This document shows, one piece after another, positions 52,801 to 64,000 of a stretch of DNA of 64,000 bases. Made by a program: the position numbers and the translations under genes. Below the pieces are notes generated by a model. That model saw nothing but the letters and a program-made list of their open reading frames with translations, searched no databases and was not told the origin of the DNA. Position 1 is the stretch's first letter; every line of letters starts with the position of its first letter. The DNA lies in assembly GCA_964304625.1 (NCBI GenBank), contig OZ199838.1:62001-126000 (forward strand), read 5' to 3'. Source of the DNA: Kudoa neothunni. Lineage: Eukaryota > Animalia > Cnidaria.

Positions 52801-55800
52801 TTTTTTACGAGACTTAGAGAGTTAAAGAATTATAGTATCAACGATGATAGAAAAATTGACGCTATTTCAGAGGAAAAATGAATTACTGTCGAACTTGGAT
52901 ATTGCGTAATTTTCACAAGTTAATTGAAATATAAAGGATAATTTAAATTTTTTACTTAAATTTTGCTCGTATGCTGTTTAACTCTTACAGGTCGGTTTTC
53001 GGAAGATGTACGTATGTTCCGGTGTGGGGTCCGCGCGGATCCCAACGGTTATGTCATTATGCAATCGCAATTTTTATAATAACTACCATTTTATATGATT
53101 AATATATTATAAAGATAAGGAAACAATTATTAGTTGGTTAAAATTATCTATATATATTTGTAAAAAATGGATAGATTAGCAGAATTTTCTGCTGAAGGCA
53201 AAGCTTCACAAAACTACTGTGACACTCTCGCACGGAACCGATAGGCAGTATAAAATAGCTTTTCTATGACCATGATTAAGACATTCAGTAACATTGTTTG
53301 TATTCAAGAATATTTAAAGGACCAGCTAGCCACGCCAAGCCGCGTTTTCCAAGTAACTCGCATTAATATTCTTATAGTGCAGAGGATCATAATTATAACA
53401 AAATTGTTCATTGTTAATAAACACAGAAATCACATAATATAATATTTTTATTAATAAAGTATTAGATTGATTTTATTTACATACCAATAACAGAATTGTT
53501 TAATCGCTATAAAAAAAACTTATTTTTAAACTTGTAAGCTTAAATTAATCACGATGCATGTAAAGTCCTCAAAAATTGATATCCATATCTACATAGTACG
53601 TTTATTTTATCTGAGTATTTTTTCATTTAGAAGACATTTTTATTTCTACGTGATTTTAAAATTAAAAAGTAATACGAACAATTAGCCCGATGTTTTTTAG
53701 ATAGTTTTATTAAAGTTAATTCAACGAAATATAATAAATAAAATCATAAACGACGGTAAATATTTCGGAATTGAAATTACCATATGAAGTAAATATTGGT
53801 CAGCGATACATTTATTAATTAAAAAAAACAATAACTAATAATTTTATAATATTGTACACAAACAACGTAGATTTTAATTCAAGCCTCTAATTCCTCAATA
53901 ATCTATGGGTGTACATAAAGGTATTTGTCGGGCGATGATATAAAATGATAGAAATACAAGCATACTGATTTAAAAGATAGCTATAACATATATTTAATGA
54001 AGTTTCATTAATAATTTTATTTTATATACCAATCACAATTAAAAAGCTAACAAAATAACCCCCTTTATCAAAAACATACACGAAAGACGTAAGTTCATTT
54101 CGAATAATCTAAAATATACAAAAACCTTTAAAAGCAACATAAAAAAATGATATCTTCTTTTGGGATTCATGGGATTAAAAAATTTTTTCATTTATAAAGT
54201 GAAGAGGAAATACAAAAATTGGAGCCCGCGAGGGTTAAAAAACGTTTTATTATATTGTATAATAAGAAGCTTTAATTATATATAGATTATTTGGTAATTT
54301 TAATTTAATAAAAAGTTTATTATTTTAAAAGATAAAAATTTGTTTTAATTTTTCCAAATATCGTTTCTAGAAATAAAAGAATTTGTGTCTTTTCTAAAAT
54401 GAATTAAAGCTAATTGTAGAGATTCTTTTTAAGAGGGTTTAAATTGATCACGATTGAGAGAAAAGTATACTTCACTTTTTTTTCACTTGGTGCAGCATGA
54501 AGATCTAACATGATTGTCACATCTCTCCGAATGAGACACCACATGTGCTGTATAGGAAATCAAGTGTTTACTAATACTAAATGGTTACCAGCTGGAAACA
54601 ATAGCTCACAAAATTCGTCCAAATCATTGCAGGTACCATTATAACATTCTCCCTATAATTTTAGTAATTGAATATAACTAATGTGGATCAAAGATTATTA
54701 TATTACTACATCCTTTCCACAGGGAAATCCATTATAAACTACGCTAGTTTTTGGACACTTTCTATATAAAAAGAGCAATAATCTTCAAGAAAGAAAATAC
54801 ATATAAATAGTCATGTTGACATTTCTCTACCCAAATGCAACTGCTATACGAAGTCACACAGCTTTTACCATTTTCTATCTTTTATATGTTATAAAATTTC
54901 TAGACATTACACATACTTGACAATTAGTGCAACAATCCTCATTGGCACATTCGGCTCCAGTTTTAAATTTGCACCTTTCGTGATCACAACAGTCATCCAC
55001 ACCCAACGCTTCACAAGTCTAAAAATAGTTAGAAATTTAAATGAAAAGTATTTTGGATCAATAGTGGTAGGAAAAAATCGATAATTTATTAATTATTGAT
55101 TGATATAAATTTTAATCACTTCTCTGTCTCCACAATCACATTCCTCACCTTGCTCCCTATCTACTACTCCATCCCCACAGGTTGGAAATATATTTTTCTT
55201 AGATAGAATTATCGCAATCATACAAATAATGACATACTTTGGGGCAATTTTTAATACAATTTAGTTCAAGTCTATCTAAATGTCTAATCGAACAATTATG
55301 AAGTGGTATAACAAAGGCGCCCGGATATCTATTATATCTATTATAAGTAAGGTTTTAAACAGATAAATCAATAACTTGTCGAAATCGGGAGCGTTCATAA
55401 CACAATGTCCATTTTCTGAGCCACAACTGCAATATGGATGCTCGGGTAGGACTTTATTTAAGCCCAACATATTGCCAATTTCGCGAGCCAAGACTCTTCC
55501 TGAAAATTCTTTTGATTCATAAGAGTTTAGCTTTAGTAATATTTTTAAAATATTTTGTGGATAATGATAAACAACTTTGACTATTCCAAAATTTTTCCTA
55601 GTACACACAGAGGCCTTATTTGACATTCCAAAAGTGAACTCCTTATTACCCCTGTATTTCTGAGAACTAAAATATTTTTTAAATCATGGATCATATTTTG
55701 TTATACATTAATATATATATATATATATATGTGATATGGAATTTATGTTTTAAGATAAATAATTTATATAATATATTCAAATATATAGATATTATTAAAT

Positions 55801-57145
55801 ACGCAGATATGTAACTCACTGAATAATACGACAAAAACCACGGGTTACGCGTTTTTAAAATAAAATAATTTTTCATTTTATTTTTAAGAATGAGTTCATC
55901 TTTTTGTAGGTATGTTAATGCAAGTATACGATATAATTATTTGAATTGCTGCGTTTGATTTTCTTTCTTCTGATATAGGTTGATAATTTGCCATGGATTT
56001 TGTCCAACTTGCGACCACATCATACGCTGGGTGTGAATGCTTTAGGTATACTACGTTAGATACCGATAGTTGAATATTATGCATTGAGAAGATCTAAAAT
56101 TTATTTTATTTTTCATAATCTCTACGTGTACTCTCTGAGCAGTGTGGACCATGCCTTTAATGTTATACATTAATGCCTGTTCAGTCCTGAAATAAGTCTC
56201 CTAATTCATCATATTTTTTTTCAGTAAAAATTAATATATCATAAATACCACTCTCTTGGTAACAATAATTTCAACATCGATGCATTTCGCAGGACTAATC
56301 GTATCAATCGAATTACGTCTCCCGCTTATTACCTATAAGTTTTTATAACGCAACAAATTTAAAAATTTTTATCATCAGAATTAATAATTTTCTCAAATAT
56401 TTTCATAGCGGAAGGTAACTTCATACCTTTAATTTGGACAACTATAATACATGTTTATATATAACTAATTAATGTGGCTACCTATAACTTTTGCGTGAAT
56501 CAACAAAGCTATTAAAAGTATGTTGAGATTTATCATTTCTCAAATTATTAGGTCCTAAAATAATATTGAAAATTACCATGGTTCAGGTGTTTTATCAAAT
56601 ATGAATCATTAATAATTAGATTTACGAGAATTAAGGGAAATTTTAAACAACATTAAAATAATGATAATCGTTTAAAAATATCTATTATGTTTTCATTAAA
56701 CATGAAAAACCAAAGATTACTTGCTTTACAGTAATGAACTAATGCTTCAATTGTGTCTTTATGTTTGTTATGCTATCGATATAATAAGTATTTTATGATA
56801 ATTTATTTGGGGATTATTACAATAATCTGATTTTAATAAAATAATAAGAAGGAAATAGCTATTGACATGGATCATAATGAAAAGCTAGGTATAGTTTTGA
56901 TTGTATTTAATTATTTTTAGTTCATCGCTACCGCTTCGAAGGTCCAAAAATAATTAAATACAACTGATTCTAAAAAATAAAGTTTAGACATAAACTGTAA
57001 ATAGGAGTTCCCGGGATTAAAAACTTCGGTGTCAATTGCCAGTGCTAAAACAAATATCCAAATTAATGCATTCTTATTGTTGTTTTAACTATCCTAGGTA
57101 AAAGTGCTCCGTGGGTTTTTAATTAATCATCAAAGATTCTACCAT
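49824..57145 (-). CDS. ADAM/reprolysin (M12B) protein with disintegrin and Cys-rich domains, catalytically inactive, no TM
   Basis: Exons encode CGDGVVDREQGEECDCG, CANEDCCTNCQ, GECYNGTC, VPDGYVCGESMVCVNGCC then stop; zinc motif reads AREIGNMLGLNK; 5' (signal/prodomain) exons less certain. Confidence 0.82.
50577..52821 (+). mobile_element. Full-length decayed piggyBac inside ADAM intron
   Basis: TTAA flanks; tttacacccc subterminal repeats; VCDNFCTS, GTMR, YNAIKEGVD, GRCQLC tail. Confidence 0.9.
52982..54234. mobile_element. Non-autonomous piggyBac inside ADAM intron
   Basis: TTAA|ctcttacagg ... cccgcgaggg|TTAA; subterminal palindrome ggggtccgcgcggatccc. Confidence 0.75.
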
Positions 57146-59589
57146 ATATATTATGAAAATTATATTATTTCTTGTAGTTGTTTTATTTAAATAAATAATT
57201 ACTTTGATTTGATTTGATGATAAACAAAAAAAATTTGATTCAATATAACGATAACATCCATTTCATTCTGATCATTAAAATTATTATTGTCATTGGTTTT
57301 CTAGTAATATAATCCAAAATAAACATTTTGACATCGAAATTATTTGAGACTTTTATCACAAAATATATGCTAACTCAATAAATTATTAAATTATAACTTT
57401 TTATAAAACTGACTAAAAATTGTAGGTAAATAAAATAAATTAGTCGTAGTTTTAAAAGTTTAAAGTACATAAGTTAAAAGCTTCATAGGTGTTGTTTGCA
57501 TACTTTACGAATCAGTCTAATTACGTTAAATAATCTCATTAAGAGACTACAACCTTATATGTTAATTTCGGAGTCGATGTCAAGTTAAAAGTTTCAAAAT
57601 TTTCCTATAAACACTTAATAATATTTCGTTTATAATATTTTAATTTTATAATAGACGGTTGAGAATATATTCATCTATTTACACACGTTATTTTAGTAGT
57701 TTAAGCTTTTAACACTGTTATTATCATATTTGTTATGATTGAAAATATTTTTCATTATATTAAAAATATATGTATTTTCCTTAAATTCATAATTTTTTAT
57801 TCGAAGTAATATATGCATGTTTTAATTAGGAAAACTATTTTTTATTCTTGTATTATATCGGAATAAAGATGTCTACAAAATCAGAATAATGAAATTTAGT
57901 ATAAACATTGAATGTATAAACGATAACCGGACAATTCTTAGGTAATTGTTATTTAGAATCATAATTAAATGATTTCAGAAAATGCATTTTCGTTCGTGAC
58001 AACATTTTTGCTAAATTTTGAATTATTTCGTGATTCGTATTTTCAAGCACTTTTGTAATTGTTTGGTGTTCGTTCCACCCTGACAGTTTAAAGTTAATCG
58101 TTTAAAAAATTGAGTATCGGGATACTTTTTCCTTAAAGGTGGAACTTTTTTGTTTGCTTTGTTGAGTGTACGTGCATGAAATTACAGAGTCGAACTAACA
58201 CTTGGAACGGTAATGGTAAAGGAGACGGCTACTAAATTCCAACCGATCAACTTCATTTATTTTCACCGATTCTTTCACGATAATTTTTCTTACAATTTTA
58301 AATGTTTGACAAGATCGTTCAATTCCCAACAAACTTAATTATAAATTTTAAGAAATCTTTGGATTAATCCTCCAGTTGTGTTATTTAAGAGTGTATTTTA
58401 TTAGGATTTAAGTTGTTACTTCCTATTTGTACCATGTATACCTCATAATTACACACTTTTCATTGTCCATAATGAATCAGATATTTTTCCCCGTAATCGG
58501 GTGGAATAATTCGCGTTAGTAGTAGAAAATATCAGAGGTAATAAGGTGGGATGTGGCATCTCAAAAACATTCTTCTGCGCATATTTTTTAACGATTGTTT
58601 ATAACAAAATAAATGAATACCGAGAAAAAGAATTCACGTAATTATGATATCATCTAATTTTGTAACAAAATTAGATGATACAACACCATCGGTACACGTG
58701 AAATCTCCGTTAAATTTCCAATGAATACGAATTTTATTTTGTATACATTAATTTTAAATTGATTATGCGCCTTAAAATCACCCTTAATAATGATTCGTTT
58801 TCAAAATTATATGATTTAGCCATTGAGTAAACTTCACGCATTTAATAATAATAACAACCTATCTTCTATATCTTTAATTATATATTTACCATAAACTTTT
58901 TTACTAACCTATCTTAATTAGTTAATACATATTTTAGTTTCTCTATTTTTTTAGGGGTAAATTTATTTTCAATAAAAGTATTTAGAATCATTTTATCATT
59001 TGATTTTTTATAGCAACCAAATAATTAGCTTTTTATTTTCATTACAACATTATTGAGTAAAAAAAAATTTATATCAATTAATTTTCCAATGCATATTTTA
59101 AAAAAAGCTAAGTACACGAAATAAAAAAATGTCATCCAAATTGCATTTATGTAATATAATGTACGTTATAAAACCAACCGGAATCCGTGTGTGTACACAT
59201 TTTTTATTCTTTATAGAAAGACATATCGTTCCATTTGGGCACACATATGGAAAGATAATTTTATTTTAACATTGAACTATACGTATACAATTATTGAAAA
59301 GTAATTTAATAATTGGACTAATTCAAATAAGGTAAGTTAAATTAGATTATGTAGCCCAGCATTAATATGAAATTAATTTGTTGATGTTTAACAAGATTAA
59401 TCATATTCATACAGTATGATTTAGAGATTACTGCAAACAACAAGGAGAAAATCGATATTTTATGAGCTCTAAATAGGAAATTTAAATGCCCAGTAGTGTT
59501 TATTCGTTTTTAAAAATATTATAAATAAGGATCTAATAAAATTTTGGACGCTTACGCTGGCTTTCCTTAATTTCAAATACAATTAAACC

Positions 59590-60138
59590 CAGGGCGTCCA
59601 CTGCTTGGTTTTTTGTGGTCACCTTGGGTTCTTAGGTTTTTTTTCATTCTTCTTTAAAATCTTGGGTTTTTACATAAAATCTGTAAACATTGAATAATAA
59701 TAATAATAAAACACAAATTTTATTATGTGCGACATTAATATTTATATTTTTAATAACGTATCCTACTCAGATTATATCGTGCAGGGTTTAAACATTTACG
59801 ATATTGACTGACGGTACAATTGTTCAATTAACATTGTCGCACATTTTTAGGAAATTTAACGTTATTTCAAAATATATCTTGAACTATGAATGGATTAATT
59901 CATTCATTCATTGTGAGCATATTGATCTATACTAGACATTAAGTTTGGATGAATGTTCGCGCCGAAAAACTATAATAATAATAATACGACGATAAATTTA
60001 AATTTAATATCTGTAGAGGTATTTGAAGACTCGGAAGATGATTAAAAACTTCAATAGATATGATTCTATTTTTTGTTGAACTTTAAACGAGCGTTTTTCT
60101 CGACCTTGGGTTTTTCTAAAGTCCCGCTGGCAGCCCTG
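59590..60138 (+). mobile_element. hAT MITE of the same family as 36670-40244
   Basis: Starts CAGGGCGTCCACTGCTTGG, ends GGCAGCCCTG; perfect 8-bp TSD ATTAAACC. Confidence 0.92.
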
Positions 60139-60448
60139 ATTAAACCACCCAAAACAACGATTCTTAGACCTGATGCGCACGCAAGATACCAAATTTAATA
60201 GACAAATTTCCTTTTTTACAAAACTTTGTCATTCGTCACTGCCTTAATTTTATGAAAACCTTCTAACTTATTTTATTATGAAAATATTGAAAAGGCATGA
60301 GATCGATATACAACCGCATTTTATAATTTCAACTAGGAGATATAACTTTGCAATCCAGTCAAAAAATGACCATCAATTTCATTGGGAATCTCAACAAAAT
60401 ACTCAATGACACATTCGTAATTTTTTCGTGCGGGATTAATGCGAAAGA

Positions 60449-62368
60449 ATGAAAAAAGGCGCCACACCACTTTGTCGAGATGTTCACGCACGCGTGTTTT
60501 ACACAAGTCATTATGTCGAACGTTGACTTGGAGATGCGCCTTAAGGCATTGGATTGCATTTTACCATTACAAATAACACATATAGTGGAGAATAATTTTC
60601 CAAATTACAAGAGTAGTTCCATAGGAATTTTAATATGATTTTTAATGGATTATAAATCAAGTTGAAATCGACGATAACGATTGCGTGTGGCTAATATATT
60701 CTGAACATATTTATCTGTGGAATTATGCCCTAAACGACAAATTTAGGGTTATCCTATGACCAAATGATTTTCTATATAATCGCGTTATAGACATATGAAT
60801 ATTTTGAGCTGCCAATACCATCTCCATCATCTTCGGCTGCCAACAACGAACAATGGTTTTTTTCTGTTCACCAACAACACTTCGAATAAAAGATCCCACT
60901 CATTCTACAAAAATACACCCACACTTCGTAGTGAATCAGCTCCTACATATCAAAAAATCTGCCTTATACATCCATTCGGATGGGCAGATAAGGTATTGGT
61001 CTAATATTAGGAGTAGAAATTCCTTTGTTGATCAAAAAATTGAGTTGTATGATCAACTGGATTGCGTCACAAATTAGCATTATTTGATGTATTTATTATA
61101 ATCAAAGATTTCATGAATTTGAATTTTATTTACTATCCAGATTGGCGACATTTTGATAAAAACAACCGACGACAACTTCTACTGTGTCCAGATTAAAAAT
61201 GTTAGAAATTTAATTTCTCTTTTATCCAATCGATAAATCCACTCTAGAACGGCTTTGTGATTGACACCATTGAAAACACCACGAATAATGGTATCACTGG
61301 AAAACTATCACATTTTATTTCTCGCGGAATCAAATCATTTCTAACCAAAGCAAAATCAAAAGACAAAAATAATAATTTAGTTTGCAGTGATAATCCGTCC
61401 GATTATTACCACAGTGGAAGAGTATATTTTCTCTTTTATTATTATTACTAAATTAAATTATTATTAAATTAAATTATTATTATTATTAATTATTACTAAA
61501 TTAAATTATTATTAAATTAAATTATTATTATTATTAATTATTATTATTATTACTAAATTAAATTATTATTATTATTAAATTAAATTATTATTATTATTAT
61601 TATTATAATAATTAAATTATTATTATTATGATTAAATTATTATTATTGTAATAATAATTATGTCGGATTACACCACTGTACTATTAATACTCATATTGTT
61701 AATTTTTAGAGGTGTCAAATTACCATGACAGAACTTAGTTATACTGATATAACAAGTGGACAGTCAAAGTTAGTATAATTAAAAATATTATATTTTTTAA
61801 TTGGGCAATCAAAAAAATTGAATATTTTAATTTTAGTAATAATTGTCTTCTTGTTTCTACACCAGTCCGAATTGTCTATCTACCGATTTGAACAAAAGAA
61901 TCATTGTGAAGTAATTAATTACATATTGTTTAGATATATAATTATCAATTAGAAAAATATTCACTATGACTGTTGCGAATATTATCCAAACTAATGTATG
62001 ACTGATTGTATTTATTTGTAATATTATTCAATTATTTTAGTTTTCACATTTGCAACTTGTTTATGATGAAATCAATCTTTTGAGTATAGCTACAGATAAG
62101 TATGTGGAATATGATAGTTAATTCATTCAATTAATATAATCCATTCCTGATAGTTGTTATCAATCGTATGCATTGGTGGAATGTAGAAAAACCTACCACT
62201 CTAAGCAATATTACACTTTTCAGATGTCACTTAGAAATGAACTCGATATCAGATTTTCTAATCTGATAGAGATATGTCCGAATTTTAGTCGAGTTCCATA
62301 TCTCAAAGTGATATCGTCTTCCAATCTGTTTGCTGTTACTGACGGTTATGGGATCTACTTCTATCACT
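60449..62368 (+). CDS. NUP133: Nucleoporin Nup133, N-terminal beta-propeller (partial; needs frame corrections)
   Basis: LPLQITHIV / IEIDDNDCVWLI..IYLW / FELPIP / DGQIRYW / amphipathic NNGITGKLSHFISRGIKSFL align in order with human Nup133 as recalled from memory (LPVKVMEAL, INIDEGGWACLV, EGSIRYW, ALPS helix); start codon uncertain. Confidence 0.75.
61437..61660. repeat. Compound (TTA)n / TTAAA microsatellite in a Nup133 intron
   Basis: Directly visible. Confidence 0.95.
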
Positions 62369-62533
62369 GTAAGTTTCGATTTGAAATAACTCTGCGCATG
62401 ACAAACAAATTATATTCATAATTAATCTTTAATAATTAATCATTAATTCGGCGGTGTAATATCGACTGTATTTAACACCCGAATAATCTCGAGATTTATT
62501 ATTGTCCTTGTTTGTCTATTCTCGATTTGAATA

Positions 62534-63543
62534 CAGTAAGTAACCGATTTTCACGCACTTTTTATTAACCTATTCAGTTAGAATATTGATTGGTCATTGT
62601 TTATATAATATGTTTCTTTTAATATTTCTATCAAACTTTTTGTAGAAATTATTAAAAAAAGTTGCGAAATAATATAACTAAGTCACGTGATCGACAAATT
62701 TCGCGTACTTCTTGTTTATTAGTTAGTTAAGTCAATATTTAATGCCAATAAACTATATCTACTGCAGAATATTACTAATTGTCGTGAATGCCTCCAATGT
62801 AATGACCCAAAAACTGCCATTGTATCACGTTTTAAAATATCTATTGTCTCGACTCTTAATGGAATATTTGAGATGAAAAATAAAATAATCCAAACCTATA
62901 AATGTTATTAGAATCCAAAAATAGAAATTATTTGCATGCAGGACAATTTCATTCTGTTGATGAAGATGTATATGGGTGGATTTAGTGGACATGAAGCAAA
63001 AATATTGTAGTAGACTTGGTCACAAAAAATTAATTCGCCTAATAAAAAGGTTTACATTCATATGCAATTGTGAAATTGTGAAATTGTGAAATTGTGAAAT
63101 TATTAAATTGTGCAATTGTGCAATTCGTGGTGGGTTTCGCTGTACTAAAAAATGGTCCAACATTTAAAAATCAAATTTTATTTATTAGTCTGCTGAAACC
63201 ACTTCAGAGTGGATCGATCAAATAAGAAATTTTTTTAAATATACTCTAAAAATTCTATTCACAATTAAGACGAACCTGTCTGATTCTACCAATAGCGACT
63301 ATGGGAGTATTTTCATGGATTGCTGAAAAATAGTTTTTTTGTTGTTAATACTTTTATCGAGTTTTAATTTTTTTTAATTAATATATAATTAACTTGCATT
63401 TTTAAACGCAATTTAATCATTATTAAATGTTGATTTTATCCGAAATAATTGTGCGCGCGATTACGTGAAATTAGACATGACCGTTTTGACGCACTTTTTT
63501 TCTTGGTCCCGAGAAAAAAAAACGTGAAATTGGTTTCTCACTG
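62534..63543 (+). mobile_element. Internally deleted pogo/Tigger element, copy 2
   Basis: TA|cagtaagtaaccg ... ggtttctcactg|TA; homologous to 19702-20630. Confidence 0.88.
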
Positions 63544-63784
63544 TAATAGCGTGAAAAATAATCTCTACAAAAAAAACGTTAATTTAATTCAGTTACTTAG
63601 TAGGAGGAATTTTTTACGAGAATTTCGATTAACCAATAATTATTTTCAAATAATCTGATATATTGTTAAGCTCAATCAATAATTAGTTTAATCCCGCCAA
63701 AAATAATGCTTTTTTCTCAATTATTGATAAATTTATTATTATTATTATTATTCTGATAGGTTTATTTTAATTATAATTAATTAA

Positions 63785-64000
63785 CACTCATATTGAGTGA
63801 GTTCGGAGTCATTTTTGACCCCAAACAATATAGAATTATATTAAACCCTTAATAGAATAAGAATAGGTGGTGACTTTGGGCTCCATGAATTCATCTGAGT
63901 AGGAAATTGAGCATAATTCATTCAAAAAAGTTTTTTTAAGTTTCTTTTGTCATGTAAATTTTTAAAATTTTATTTTACGTCTAATTGTAAATTTTCAATG
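63785..64000. mobile_element. Start of a probable piggyBac running off the window
   Basis: TTAA at 63781-63784 followed by subterminal ggagtcatttttgacccc. Confidence 0.5.

Noticed and set aside
54465-54765. Apparent frameshifts or stops in ADAM disintegrin and Cys-rich exons
   Set aside because: Resolved by splice choice (acceptor 4 nt downstream; GTGAAA donor), which restores consensus Cys spacing.
63064-63125. (AATTGTGA)n tandem repeat as a CRISPR-like array
   Set aside because: Simple 8-bp tandem expansion inside a pogo element, no spacers, eukaryotic context.

Overview
AT-rich eukaryotic (metazoan-type) genomic DNA with very short GT-AG introns (mostly about 37-50 nt) and a heavy load of nested, decayed DNA transposons: several piggyBac, one IS630/Tc1-type, two pogo/Tigger, hAT, an autonomous Helitron and non-autonomous Helitrons. 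A compact parasitic animal (e.g. myxozoan or orthonectid) is plausible but is inference only. Host genes reconstructed by hand: two paralogous beta-1,4-galactosyltransferase-family (GT7) genes in a segmental duplication, a ~1290-aa secreted helical type-I membrane protein, a multi-saposin gene, a five-domain Kunitz gene, a catalytically dead ADAM-type metalloprotease and the 5' part of Nup133. Two signals stand out. (1) Five otherwise intact genes, including Nup133, need repeated single-nucleotide frame corrections (mostly net +1, at homopolymer runs) with no nonsense substitutions; this is either a systematic assembly artefact or a recoding/editing system. (2) The two near-identical GT7 paralogs differ exactly at known donor-sugar specificity residues. 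Also noted: a tRNA-Lys-bearing LTR-like insert and a structured Pol III-like RNA candidate. All alignments and translations were done by eye.
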